Position numbers and translations under genes: made by a program | Shown: positions 31,543-44,958 of the stretch, piece by piece | Layout: each line of letters begins with the position of its first letter | Numbering within the stretch: position 1 is the stretch's first letter | The notes under the pieces: model-generated | The model's database searches: none | What the model saw: the letters and a program-made list of their open reading frames with translations, nothing else | What the model was told of the DNA's origin: nothing | Source: Cystobasidiomycetes sp. EMM_F5 | Lineage: Eukaryota | Direction: 5' to 3' | Length of the DNA: 64,000 nt | Assembly: GCA_051047955.1 (NCBI GenBank) | Contig: JBPGPT010000014.1 | Coordinates: forward strand, 124,001-188,000

Positions 31543-34500
31543 ATGTCTGGGAGTATTCGAGGTATTCGCATAATTGCCAACGCTTCGTTATTTCTTGCGC
31601 TGACTGTCAACCAAGCCATCGATGCCAGCAGCGTCCACCGCATAACAAGCGGGCAAGTCATAGTAGACCTGCAGACTGCCGTCAAAGAACTCGTCGAGAA
31701 CAGTCTCGATGCTGGTGCGACGATTATAGGTGGGAAGATAATACCGTGTTTACGCGGGGTTTGGCGCGTCCTGACGCATTTCGCGTGTAATTCAGACGTC
31801 CGCTTCAGAGAGTCCGGTGTGGAATCCTTCGAGGTTGCTGACAATGGCAGCGGTATTGCCCAACAAGACTATGCGACTGTCGGTAAGTCAAGCAAGTACA
31901 ACGAAGCCGCGACACTGACTAGTCATGCTGACTTTGCTGAAGCGCTCAAAAGTCACACATCGAAACTGTCAAGCTACGATGATCTGCTTGGAGTTACATC
32001 CTTTGGTTTCCGCGGCGAAGCTCTGGCCAGTCTTTGCCAACTTGCCGATGTAAATATCGTTACAGCCACCGAGGAGGACGCACCGATGGCAAAGATCCTG
32101 ACCTTCGATCGTCGCGGCAACCTTGCTTCGTCGAGTGGAAGAGTTGCGCGTTCCGTACGTCTGCAAATCGCGTCTCATACATACGCAGAAAACTGAAGAT
32201 GCATTCAGCGGGGTACGTCCGTCACAGTCAAGAACCTGTTCAATACTGTACCTGTACGACGCAAAGAGTTCGAGCGGAACGCCAAAAAGCACTTTGCGAA
32301 CGTGCAGACGCTTTTGCAAGCTTATGCCCTGATTGCCAGCCATTGCAAGGTTTCATTGACGAATCAAGCAGGGTGAGGGATCCGTCATCGCGGTACTGGA
32401 GAAGACAGTCCCTTGGCTGAAACGTCTGGCATTGTAAGGAGCAAGCACGCGCAGACGATGTTTAAGAGCGATGGCCGGTCAAAGCGGGAAAATTACGCAT
32501 TGCTCTTTTCAGCTAAGGCTGCGCTGAGCCTCATGGACTTCTCCTTCGAAATACAGCCGTCACAGAGCAATCAAGCACACGAGTCCGCTGGAGCTTCGTA
32601 GGCAGACCCCATCGTGGCCTCGCCCGTGCACGCCGGCTCTCGCTAACATGCATCTCGCAGAACATCTGTTCGTATAGAAGGTCTTGTCTCAAAGCCGCTT
32701 CCGGAGTGCGGACGTAGCAGCGCAGACAGACAGTTCTGCTACATTAACGGAAGACCATTCGACGGAAAGGTACCCAAAGCTTGCTGTGACGAAGATCACG
32801 TCTAAATCCGAGTCCGCACGTAGATATTGTGTAGAGCCTTCAATGATGCCTACAAGGGGTATCTACCATCCCGATATCCGTCTATCGTTGCTAATCTCGT
32901 CTTGCCCGCCGGTATATACCTTCACGCGTGAAGTGAATTCCTTGTCTCACTCGAATCTCAATACAGATTTTTACGATGTTAACGTATCCCCGGACAAGCG
33001 GACAATCTTCCTACACTCCGAGAAGCAGCTCGTGGAGGCATTGAAGGTAAGTTCAAATCGTATGGAAGCTGGTGGCTCAGGTTCATTGTGCGCATGCCGT
33101 TAATCGAATAAGTCGGGTCTGGAAGCGCTGTTTCAGCCATACAGATCAACATATGCCATGGACTCTGTAAGCATGGTGAGGAAAGGCAAACAGCCACGCA
33201 ATGGCCATTCAAGTCAAGTTGCAGCGACGCCTACAAATGTGGATGCGTCTGCACTGCGACGGGACGGAATTGCAGTCGACCGCACCAGCATACGAGCTCA
33301 AACTTTGTCTCCCGAACGCGACGCCGTTTCATCGTTAGACAGCGAGGACATCGATGAAGACATCATTTCGTCGAAATTACCTGATCCCGTGATAGCTCGA
33401 AACACTTCGAATGTCTCCCTGACGGAGGAGCCTCCCGACGTACCCGCAAGCACTCACTTAAATCGCGATGCTACCGCCCCATCGTCGTCCCCTCTGCAAT
33501 CGCCAGATGCATCTGCTGAAAGCTCATCGGATCTTTTGAACCGACAAGCCGGGCCAGTGCATGCGGCTGCGACAGATTTACGAGTCGAAGGCGCTGTTAC
33601 TGCGCTCAAGCAAGCTTATCTCGATCTCCGAAATACGGTCAGCATTCCAATATCGTCAGTAGCAAATCACAACCCTCCACGTAAGAGACAACGGTTGAAT
33701 TCGCCTACACGAGCGGTTCAAACCTCTATCGAGACTTTTGTAACGAGCCGAGACACTCCTGTGCTTGCTTCCGGACCTCCCGAGTCTTCGACGGAAATCA
33801 CTGCATCGAGCCACGAGTCCTCACAGATCAACCGACGGTTTCTCGAATATGAAGAACCAGATGACAATACTTCCGGAATTTTGGATCCGCTTCCAGCGTC
33901 TTTGCTATCACAGTCTCCAGACCTGGACGATCTACGTCCGCAAAGCCCTTTGCATCGACCAACATCGGCCAAGAGCCCTACTCCCTCCGCCTCGGCGATG
34001 TCACTTTCCTCAAACGGTAATCTGCTGTCTGTCAACGACGATAGTCAGGACCAAGATGCATCATCTTTGAGCTCGGCGCAGTACCGCACGGACTCCCGTC
34101 AATCAATTGCGAGCGTGGCAGAAGGAGTCTTACCACTCGATTTACCGAGAGTCCGCAGTAATATCATGAAACGGAAGCAAGCCGCATCACAGGTTGTACC
34201 CGATGTAACGCAGGGGTCCGCCGAGGGCCTACAAGATGCGGGTATAGAAACAGCGGAAGTGGAAGCTCAAGCCGCTCTATCGAGACTGGTCAACAAGTCT
34301 GATTTTGGGACTATGAGCGTAGTAGGACAGGTGTGCCATCCATCAAACTAAGCTTGATCAAATCTCACCGATGTCTACTCGCAGTTCAACCTTGCCTTTA
34401 TCATCGCACGGCGTACGAAGCATGGACAGAACGCTTCCGAAGAAGTGCATGATGACCTGATGATAATTGAGTAATTACATCCAGTCTCCGTTACGCATCC

Positions 34501-35505
34501 TCTGCTGAGATGCCAGCACGCAGCCAACACGCATCAGATGAAAAGTATAATTATGAGAGGTTACAGCAAGTCACAAAGATTGATTCCCAACGATTAATCC
34601 AGTACGATGTCAATCATATTTGGCAAGACTGATTGTCGATACTGACCATCCTCTATAAACTATAGGCCTCGTAACCTTAGTCTGCCCGCGTCTGACGAGC
34701 TTATCGCGATAGATCATCAAGATGTGCTGCGATTCAACGGCTTCGACATCGAGATAGACGAAGATGCACCAAGCGGGCAACGATTAAAGCTCGTCGCATT
34801 GCCTGTATCGAAGTCGACTAAGAAAACGGAATTTACGCTCGAGGGTAAGGGTGTCACGAAACATCGTGCATATACAGACTGATCGATTGGCGAGTAGATC
34901 TCGAAGAGCTGCTGTTCTTGCTACGTGATCATACCGGGTCAAATGCAATGTAGGTCAAAGAACCGTACCAGCAATGTCATACTGACTCGCGGATTGTAGT
35001 CGACCGTCCAAGACACGCAAGCTGTTTGCTATGCTCGCGTGTCGCTCTAGTGTCATGGTCGGAAAGGCGCTGAGCAATTCAAGGATGACCTCGGTCAGTA
35101 TGACCAAAACGAGACTGTCAGGCGAGGCTGATGATAGGGCGAACAGATTGTGCGGCATATGGGAGAAATTGATCAACCTTGGGTATGCTATGCAATTTGA
35201 CCCCGTCATTCCGCTTGTTCTGATTGTCCCTGATGATTTCCAGAATTGTCCGCATGGTCGCAACACGTAAGCCATGACGCTTACTGCTGTTTGAACACCG
35301 CAGAGCTGATGTCCGGACTGAACGATGCATCACAGCATGCGCTGGGTAGGGTTATATCTATAGTCCGTGGACGGTATCTCTGGCTGATTGCGAGGTTGAT
35401 AACACGCAGCTCGTTGGCTTGAAGAAGCCGATACCAGACCAGCGCTTCGGCATCGGAGCTGCAAGACTGTCCAGATTACGAGCGGATATTACAGTATCGA
35501 GATGA
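31543..35505 (+). CDS. PMS1: MutL homolog Pms1/PMS2 mismatch-repair endonuclease
   Basis: IDASSVHRITSGQV..VKELVENSLDAGA; DNGSGI; SFGFRGEALASL; DVNVSPDKRTI; GQFNLAFII; DQHASDEKYNYE; ACRSSVM; CPHGR. Last exon inferred. Confidence 0.93.
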
Positions 35506-35546
35506 AGTCGTTACGAATGAAATGCTGGTTGGGTCACCGGTTGCAA

Positions 35547-36297
35547 CTACGGCTCATCGCTGTCAACCTCAATCGTTCCATCAGGCTGTAATTTTGCGCG
35601 AGCGACACTCTCCCCCTTAGCTGCCATTAATGCCTCTATATTGCGGTATTTGCCGCCCTGAGTAAGGTCATCGCTGTCAAACCAGCCGAGGTGATCCGCT
35701 GCGTTTAGCCAAGGTCAGCAAAAGTCTCGGAAGTGTCTTGGAAGATAGTAAATCACCTATCAAGTGCCGCGACTCGCATTTCGGGCATTGTACGAGCACA
35801 ATGCCCTTTTCATACGAATGTCTCGAGAATTCGTGCGTAGAGCGCTCTCCGCAATTCACCACGGAGCATGTGAAGGTAATGCTCAGTCGGCGTTGTATCT
35901 TGCCGATAGCTGTTCTCGTCGACGGCGGGGCTTGCAACAGCTCCTCGGCGGCAGTTTCGTGAAAGCGGTCTTCCTGTGGGGACGATGACGTTATTGGGGG
36001 ATTCTGAGCTGGAGATGATGGAGATGATAAAATTTCGCTAGCTTTCGTGACCGTGCTTGTTGTATAGTCGCCCCTGTGAGACTCGTCTGAAGCGATGTAG
36101 CGGGGAATTGCGCTGGCAAAACCTGCCCGGAATACGTTATGCGTGCCTACATGCCTTGACTTTGCAGGTTTGCCCAAGTTACAGAGCGTAGTGCCAGACA
36201 ATCTACGCTGTAAAACACTATTCGAAGCTGCCGATGTCCGAGAGGAGACCTGTTGAAGAACGCAGCGCAAGCAGTCCCTGCCCAACGCCGCGAGCAT
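35547..36297 (-). CDS. ZIM17: DNL-type zinc finger mtHsp70 escort protein Zim17/Tim15/Hep1
   Basis: Presequence; ITFTCSVVNCGERSTHEFSRHSYEKGIVLVQCPKCESRHLI|ADHLGWFD. Confidence 0.9.
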
Positions 36298-36489
36298 TGC
36301 TGATTGGCGAATAGCTGATTGTGTCCGTCAGGCGTGCAGGCTTACAGATGAGAAAGAAGCAATATTGCACTGACCGCACGGGGTCATCACTGCACGGATC
36401 AATCGAGAAGCAACGAAATTGTTACGACGGTTGTTTCCCTCGAGCCAAACGCTGTTAAAGCCAGCTGGACACCTGCAATCACTCCTGTC

Positions 36490-37554
36490 ATGGCCTCTGC
36501 CTCATCAGATCCCAGCGCCAGCTCAAGCTCCGACCTGCTTAGAAATGCCCGTTTTTCAGCAGGACCTTCTGCGCCGGAGATCAGTGCGCCGTCGTCGGCT
36601 CAATTACTGCACGATGCAGCGGCACTGCATCCTATGGCAAACCTCGGCCGCGCAGATCTGGACTACCTCCTCCTCGATGATGCCAAATTGAACGATATTC
36701 GCGGCGGATCGACTGTGCTTCCCACTCGTTCATGGGGTGACGAGTTGTGTTACGGCACTGGCACGACCTACCTGTTCGGTCAGTTCTCGTCGAACATTTG
36801 TCTCCGCCTGAAGGGTAACTTTGCCGCTGACGGTCCATTACGCAGGCTTGGGTGCTGGTGGACTTTGGGGACTGAGGGAAGGATGGGCCCGTTCGAGAAG
36901 GATACCGATGACATCCAGCATAACTCTCGATAGTACGCTGAAGCAAGCGTCATCTGCTGCGACGGCGGCAGTAAATTCCTCCTTGAAGAGCGGTACTGTC
37001 GGAGTATCACCCGCTACAGTCACAGGAGCGACAGCTGCAACAGCGACGGCGCCTTCTGCTGCGTCACGAGCCAGTAGTACACTACGTTCGCCGTCTTTTC
37101 GCGTTCGCTTGAATACCGTGCTCAACAGTATCACGAGACGTGGTAGTTTTGTGGGCAACAATGCTGGCGTACTAGGTACATTCACCACACACTTGTATGG
37201 ATGACTTGGCTCTGACGAATTTGATTGCAGCCTTGATATACAACGCAACGAACTCCTCTATCGACAAGTACCGTGGCTTACACGATATTTACGGAAGTAT
37301 GCTCGCTGGTGCGACAACAGGGCTACTTTGGAAGAGCACAGGTATGCAGTCAGAGCGTGGTCCACGCATGCAGCTTTAACGTATATTTACATACTCTTCG
37401 TCAACAGCCGGTATCAGGCCCATGGCCATCGCTTCCGCTGGGATGACTCGTACGCTTTTCCGTCACACTTTCTGGTAATCAATACTGACCACGCCATGCT
37501 ATTTCTACAGTCGGCGCAGCGGCGTGGACGACAATCAAGCCAAAGTTGGTGTAA
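36490..37554 (+). CDS. TIM23: Mitochondrial import translocase subunit Tim23
   Basis: LHPMA..LDYLLLDD; LPTRSWGDELCYGTGTTYL; GGLWGLREG; LNTVLNSITRRGSFVGNNAGVL; YRGLHDIYGSMLAGATTGLLWKST. Confidence 0.92.
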
Positions 37555-39592
37555 GGAGCGAGTGGCGGCATATCTCGTATAGCATGGGGCTTGTTCGATT
37601 TCTTCTGCTGTGTATAGTAGGCATTGACACTACATGTCCCCAACTCAGGTGTATCCGCATTCGCGCTGGGTGAGCGAGAGCTGCCGAGGAGGCTGGTGAT
37701 GCATTTCTCAAACTTTGCGCAATTGAGTTTACTAGTCGCCTTTGCAACAATCATTGTCGATTCAAGCTAGGCTGATGCGTTGACTGACGCTGTTATTCGC
37801 CGACACCTCTTAGCAGACACGATAGCGAACGCGGGCAGTCTCGCTGAATGGCCATGCTGATATTATGATCCATACTGGACAATGGGAGAATGCTTGATTA
37901 CGGAAGCCCTTGCGTAGTCCAGGGTGTGCGGTCGAGTTAGCAATTACAGTGTTCATATGGGATATGGGAAGCGGTATACTGACACTGCCGTGAGTTGCCC
38001 ATCGGCCATTAAGCAAGACTATCATTGCCTTCATTGCACTCAAGCGGTCGTTTACTGGCGCATTTTGCAGGAAGATTGCAGAGTCACTCGTTCAGCCGTC
38101 TAGTCGTTGTAAGAGCCCAGATCTCTTCCGTCTCGGAGTTGGCGCATGGACTTTGCGTTTTGCGTCTACGTAATGCACGCTATAGGACAATGGCATTGCG
38201 CTTGCCAGGAGCTGTCGTCTTTAGCAGAGGGAAGATCCTGGACGAAGGGACAGTCTGTCAATCTGGCTTGGGGGCAGCTACTGTATGGTCGCCTTGTCAT
38301 AACCCGGTCGGCTTTGCTGCGGTGCTGCGAGATCATGATCACGTGGCCTCGAGCCGATCGTCTCCCAGCGGTGCTGAGGTGATAGGCCGCGCTGCCTCCA
38401 CTACACATGTTCCGTATGCTTGTATGTACATAGGACACAGATGTGCCAAAGGTCTTCACGGTCGTCCTTCATTCCTCGCTAATGGCCGTCCGGGAATTCG
38501 CCTTGGCATCAAGCCATCTGACTTGAGCGAGCGAGTGTAGGTCTTGGGACGAACGAACGCAATGAGCACACTAGGATGAGCAGTAGTAGTGCCAGCATTA
38601 CTGATGAAACACCCTATGCAGGAGCTTGGTGGAACCTCAGCAGGCTTCGGTATCGAGTAGATGGGAAAGCCCGAGTAAGCAGCCTCAGCGTGTTACAAGT
38701 GCACAACTGGAGATCAGATGCGTGTCACTCTGCATGCCCAGCAGCTGTCGTGCACGGCGCGGTGCATGCCGTATCGGCTTTTAGGCGATAACACCCGCTG
38801 ACAACAAGCCAGTTGCGGAAGCAATTTATCAGATGGTTGCGACCCAGTACCTGGCCATGGAAGAATTCGAATTTCGGAAGTACATAGCGCTTGTGGGGGG
38901 AAACAGCCCGGCGGTTGCTTCATAGTCCGTCATTTCGGATGTGGCTGGATTCCTCGTGTATCATTGATCTGACATCGTTGGAAAATCCCATTCGGCGTCG
39001 GCAATTTGTGCTCCGTCTAGCTAGTTTGCCCTAGTTATCGCGCTACATGCTAGACCGTCAGAACTCAGCAGCCTCGACATCTTGTTCTTGATTCATCCGA
39101 ACCTTTGTTGGCTGCACGTACTTATCATAGGGCGTACATCCCCCGGCGTCAACCAGGTCCAACGGATCCACCGGACCAGCGCGAAAAGTCCGAATCACTT
39201 CATGCACGATATTACTACTGGAAACTCCCGAGCCAGACTCGACGGTGTTATTCAGTATGCATCGCCAAGCGCAGGTAGCCATAAATACCGTCCATGAAAA
39301 ATCAGAATCTCTCGAAGAGGCTTCGGCGCTTTGTTCAACATTGGTGCGGACACTGAGGCGATCAGGACATCAAGGCTTCGAGACAGTCTCGCTCTGCTGT
39401 ATCGTCACCAGTATCACCGCAACAGAGGATAGCGCCCGCCGAAGATGCACCATCTGCGAACGCCGATTTCAGCAAGGTCCGATTTCAGCTGGCGAGGCCG
39501 CAACATTTTGGCACGTTTCGAGCCAGACGTGTCCGCAAATCGCAAGCAAAAAATTACATACCATAATCTCGAATGAACATGGCATTCCCCCG

Positions 39593-40565
39593 ATGCCATC
39601 GTCCAATCCGGGTCTCGAGCATAGTGCTCACGGGGGAGATTCGGAGCCGTTCGATCCAAATGCCGGCTTGCAAAGGTCAAGTCGACCAGCTCAGACAGGA
39701 CAGCAAGGGACGAGCACGTCTCGGATACGGACGGCGGAGCCAAGTCATCACGGGTGCGTACACTGCTTGGTGTCAATGACCGATTGCGCCTCTCTGACGA
39801 GCCAAATGTCGTAGCCTCCACTTTGATCTTAGAATCATTCAAGAGCCTGAGCTTGGCGCTGCGGTTGGCCTAATGGGCATACTGGATCGGCTCCCGATAA
39901 TACCCAGCCCGATCTTACAAGTCCGCGTCACTGATAGTACTGGAGATGTGATGTCGCAGGAGGCCGTGTAAGTATCTTCCGGGCTTGCTGTGAGCGGGCG
40001 CCGAATACCAGCTGACACCTGAGACGTCCTATGCAGCCTACAGCACTTCCCTCGCCTAGTCTGTATTTGTGCAGTAATCTCGGCAGAGGGTGACCCCGCC
40101 AACCAGAACCTCATTGAATTCACTTCGCAAGGTTTGTCGGTGTCGGAACGATCCGCGCTGCCAATGACGTGCGGAACGATGGTGTACAGCACAATTGTGG
40201 GACGAGATATTTCGGACGCCGAGGGCATCTTCTTTGTTTGCTGGGATCTCAGCATTCGTCAGACCGGCAGCTACAGACTGCGGTTCATTCTCACCGAAGC
40301 GTAAGAGTTTTGCGCAGCTTGTTGCCGTGAAGAACCTTGCTGAGTGTGACAATATCATCAGTGCTGATGGTGCCACTCCATTGGCGATTGCACACTCGGA
40401 TATTCTGCAGATTGTAACGCGCAATGAATATCCAAGTAATGTGGAAGCGGCAACAGACCTTTCGCAACACCTTCATGAGCAAGGCATCACTGTCTGTGGG
40501 TCGTTGCGGGCTTGCACAATGCATTTAAGTCTGACTGACAGGTGCAAAGATCTGCCGCCGCTTAG
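39593..40565 (+). CDS. Divergent velvet-domain transcription factor (4-5 exons)
   Basis: Spliced LHFDLRIIQEPELGAAVG..DRLPIIPSPILQV...EGIFFVCWDLSIRQTGSYRLRFILTE...LAIAHSDILQIVTRNEYP..ATDLSQHLHEQGI. Start (39593 or in-frame 39257) and last exon uncertain. Confidence 0.82.
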
Positions 40566-40698
40566 TTCGACTGCGAATTTCGACCCTTGAGGTGGTACCC
40601 TTTGAAGGAAGAACATTTTGGTTCGCGAGAGCGTATGTGATGTTCAGCGCCCGGTGTTTCGCCTTGTGACGCTACGAAACTGGACTCAGAGATCTGCA

Positions 40699-41942
40699 TT
40701 ATTCAGAGTCGGTCAAGACGGAGGCAGCGATGGCACTTGCAAACTCCGGAATACACAGCTTGTCTGTCGAAACGTCGTCGCCATCCAAATCCCGTAGGCG
40801 AATACTAAAAGCGTATGCAGTCGAGACATGCGTGTCGGTGATGGCGATATCGTGAGCCGCGAGAACGCCTATGCAGACGGCCACGCGGTCGATGGCAGCT
40901 CGCTTGATATCATCGATATTGTCATTTTGAGACGAGTAGATGGCCAATGATGCAGCGGCTTCTCCACGCTCATCAAATAGAGCAGGAGTATCTGATTCTT
41001 CGCTTGTAGCAGCTTGGGATTGTACCCAAATGTAGCCATTCATCCCTAGGATGAGATCAACACCGCAAGAGAGGGTGTGGAAGTGCGACTTTAGCCGTAC
41101 AATTAGATTTGGGGGTACTACAACTAGTCGACCGTTCCGTAGCTACAGTAAGCAAAGATCAGATAGAACAAGACTGTCGTACATATCGCGACTTCCTCAC
41201 CTTGCCATACTTTGTGGAACGTGTATGTAAAGACATGGAACCCTCGCCCATTATTGCTTGTACTTCGGCCACCAGCAAATCTCCTTCTTGAAAGTATGTT
41301 CGCATTTGCAACTCGTCTGATTCTAGTTTACGCCTCTGCACGCCTCCTGGCAAATTGATGGAAGAGAGGAGCAACGCCGCATCTTGTCGCCCGTTGGCAT
41401 CTACTCGCCATCGACGGGGACCGACCTGGATCATGAGTCAATATACGTACTCGTACCCGACACAAGCCTCTTACTCACCTCGGTAATGCGACCCACGACT
41501 AAATCTCCAACTTCCGGTCTGTATCTGTCAACAGAGACATAAGGATTCAGGCCGGGTTCAAGCAATGGGCAGATGTCGGTAACGTACTTTGATCTCAATG
41601 GGCGTACTGATACAAGCTTGTTGACTCTTTCGATGGTCCCAGCGACATTTGCGAGCACTGTTTCATTTTCGACATATGTGCCATGTCCACTTTTGACATT
41701 TTGCACGCCCTGTCAACATTTTCCCCTTGCACAGTCACCCAGACTAGAACTATAGCTGCTCACCGCATCCAGGATGAAGCGCTCGCTATGCCTTCGCCAG
41801 GCACAGTGGTTCGACCTTCGGATGCTGCCGCCAGCGCAGGGTCATCGTCATCGAAGTCCATGGCTCCGATGTGAGATGCCGAAGCATAGCTGGACCCAAA
41901 GCTGTACGTCGAGGCTGACGTAGCTGCCGAGACCTTGAACAT
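40699..41942 (-). CDS. RRP4: Exosome non-catalytic subunit Rrp4
   Basis: [67 protein letters not shown]. Confidence 0.95.
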
Positions 41943-42023
41943 TGTGCGATTGTCTCAATATAAAGCAGAGTCGCGTTGCTGGAGTTACTGGTGAACTTAG
42001 TGCCTTGTGAATTGGCCAATACT

Positions 42024-43713
42024 ATGCTCAGAAGCCATGGAGCTAGGCAATGCTTGACCACGCTGAGGTGTACCTGCGGCAAGGCTCCCGTGTCTGGAAT
42101 TCAAGCACGGCGTCATTTGGCATCTGCGCCCGGCCGCAAAGGCAAAGGCCGCAGTTCCTCTGTAGCTGGCCAGCCAAATGACGATGTTCGGTGGAATTAC
42201 AACGTCAACCCCTTTGATCCTGCGCCAAGAGACGCTTCCGCTCGAGCGGCTTATCCCGTGGTCTGCGCCCGAGATCTTCAAACGCTCACGTTGCCGCCTC
42301 GTAAAGTCCGGCTGCTTGTGCGGGACTTTATCGACGATAGCCTCTACAATCCAAATTATGGATACTTTCCAAAGCAAGCCGTCATCTTTGACCCAGACGC
42401 TAATCGTGTAACGGAGCCTGGGTCTAGTAAAGAGCCGTTGATTGAAACGCAAGGGCGCGAAGGCTTCGACTTTTCAAGTATTCGCAGCATGACCGAGTGG
42501 GATGCCGCCGTTGCCGAGACGTACAGCTATATCGAAGAAGCTACGTCTCATCAAGGTGCGGGACGTCAAGTCTGGCATACTCCGACAGAATTGTTCAAGG
42601 TGGATTTCTTCCACCAATCTTTATCTGCTCGAAACGGGCTGACCCAGATATTACCATCAGCCATACTATGCTCAAGCTGTTGCACACCACTTGGCAAGCG
42701 AGTACAAGCTTTCTTTATACCCATATAACGACTTGGTGATATACGAAGTCGGAGCGGGAAATGGGTCTCTGATGACCGGCATACTAGATTACTTGCAAAA
42801 TGCTGAACCTGACATATACAAGCGCACAAGATATCATACAATAGAAATTTCTCCGCGTCTCGCCGACCTGCAGCAGGAGCGGGCAGCGAGACGTGGCCAT
42901 GCGAAGCATGTTCAGATCGAAAGGCAAAGCATCTTTGACTGGCAGAAGCCAGTCACCGATCCCTGCTTCTTCCTTGCTTTTGAAGTTCTTGACAATCTCG
43001 CCCACGACGTCATTCGGTATACAACCGAGGACCACACTCCGCTGCAATGCTTGGTGGAGATCGATGAAAAGGGAGAATTTTACGAAATCTACGAACCAGT
43101 CACGGACCCGCTCATCAAGGATTTCCTGGCGGTTCGATCGGAAGTCAGAGGCCATGCGAGTCTTGCATCAACGTCCTTCCATCCGCTTCTACATCTTCAC
43201 CCGATATTGCGCAAACTCTACCACAATCTGCCCTTTGCACCTAATCTGTCTCCGCCAGACTTTTTACCCACAAAGTCCTTGAAGATGCTGCGGGTGCTCA
43301 AGAAGTACTTTCCTTCGCATCGCATACTCATGTCAGACTTTGACTACCTGCCCGACACTGTTCCTGGCAGAACCGCGCCTGTGGTGCAGACCCGCTACCA
43401 GGGCAATATGGTGACGTGTTCAACGTATCTAGTATCCCAGGGATGGTTTGACATCTTCTTTCCGACCGATTTTCGCTTCCTTCGCGACATGTACGAGCGC
43501 GTTATGACGACCGACCGCGCTGAGGCAGCTTCGGACGCATCAGTCGGCTCTCTTAGCTCAAACACCGACATACGGTGGGGTAGTCGTCGACCTCTACGCG
43601 TTCTTTCGCATAAGCAATTTCTACAGAGATACAGCGAGCCGGAGCACACAACCTTGCGCGATGGATCCAATCCGATGTTGGATTTATACGAGAATGCCGC
43701 TTTCATTTTCTGA
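42024..43713 (+). CDS. Mitochondrial SAM-dependent methyltransferase, NDUFAF7/MidA family
   Basis: RDFIDDSLYNPNYGYF; WHTPTELFK|PYY; IYEVGAGNGSL; FEVLDNLAHD; YLVSQGWFDIFFPTDF. Confidence 0.88.
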
Positions 43714-44036
43714 GTCTAGCTCAATCCAGTGATTATCGCAAGGCATAGCTTGTGATGCTATTTCACTTTGTTCACGTTTGAGCAGTCAACAATAATATGT
43801 ACTGTAGTTTCTTGGCGAGACGAACACCGTTGGCAAAAAAGCGCAGGTCACCAAATCGCAGCCATCGCATTGTTGTACCCTTTGCGTGCACAGTGTCACT
43901 GCGGAGCTCGCTTTGTCCCACGAATAGTCGAGCTCAGCGGGGTGCTGCCGCCATGATTCCAGGAACCAATGCTCAGTCCTGACCAACTGAGCACTGCCAA
44001 TTCCGACTCACATAAAAGCACATACTTGCAGCAGTT

Positions 44037-44958
44037 ATGCATCTCTCTTATTCATTTATCACTACTGGCATCGTTGCCTTGCTGGCCATGGCTACTTCCG
44101 TTACAAGCGCTGCGGACGCATCACGCGGACCGGTCATCACCAACAAGGTGTACTTTGACATGAAGATTGGCGACGATCCTGAACTGCACCGCATTACTAT
44201 CGGCTTGTACGGCAAGACCACCCCACGCACTGCCGAGAACTTCAGAGCTCTCGCGACAGGTGAAAAGGGCTACGGTTATAAAGGCAGCATCTTCCACCGT
44301 GTCATCAAGAACTTCAGTTCGTGCTTCGCGCGCATCATGCTCAGTGAAGAACGTCCTTTATCTGACGCGCACTTGTCCTTTTAGTGATTCAAGGCGGTGA
44401 TTTTACCAACTTCGATGGAACGGGCGGCAAGAGGTACGGAGGAGGGTTTTGCATCGTCGAGTGTTACATACTGCTCACACATCGTCACACTGTCCGGAAA
44501 ATAGTATATATGGCGCCAAATTCGCCGACGAGAACTTCAAGCTGCGTCACACTGGTCCAGGTATCCTTAGCATGGCAGTGAGTTATCGTATCTGCCCTGA
44601 AGTGCTGCAGCCAATGCTTAAATGGCACAATCTTGACACAGAATGCAGGTAAAGATACCAATGGCAGTCAATTCTTCCTGACTACTGTGACCACCTCATG
44701 GCTCGTAAGCAAAAAGAGGGCGACGCGTCTGTTTATCCGGCCCTCTCTGACAATGTGCACGCGTAGGACGGCAAACACGTCGTCTTTGGCAAGGTCATTG
44801 ACGGTATGGACGTCGTCCGCAAGATCGAGGGTGTAAAGACCAACAATCGGGATGCTCCACTGGCAAGGGTAGTTGTCGAGGATTGCGGCGAGCTTCCAAT
44901 GGAAAGTGAAGCCGAGCCGGAGACGGCCGAAAAGATTCTCGCAAAAGAGGAATTGTGA
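44037..44958 (+). CDS. ER cyclophilin B (peptidyl-prolyl isomerase)
   Basis: Signal peptide; [68 protein letters not shown]-terminal KEEL ER-retention signal. Confidence 0.95.
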
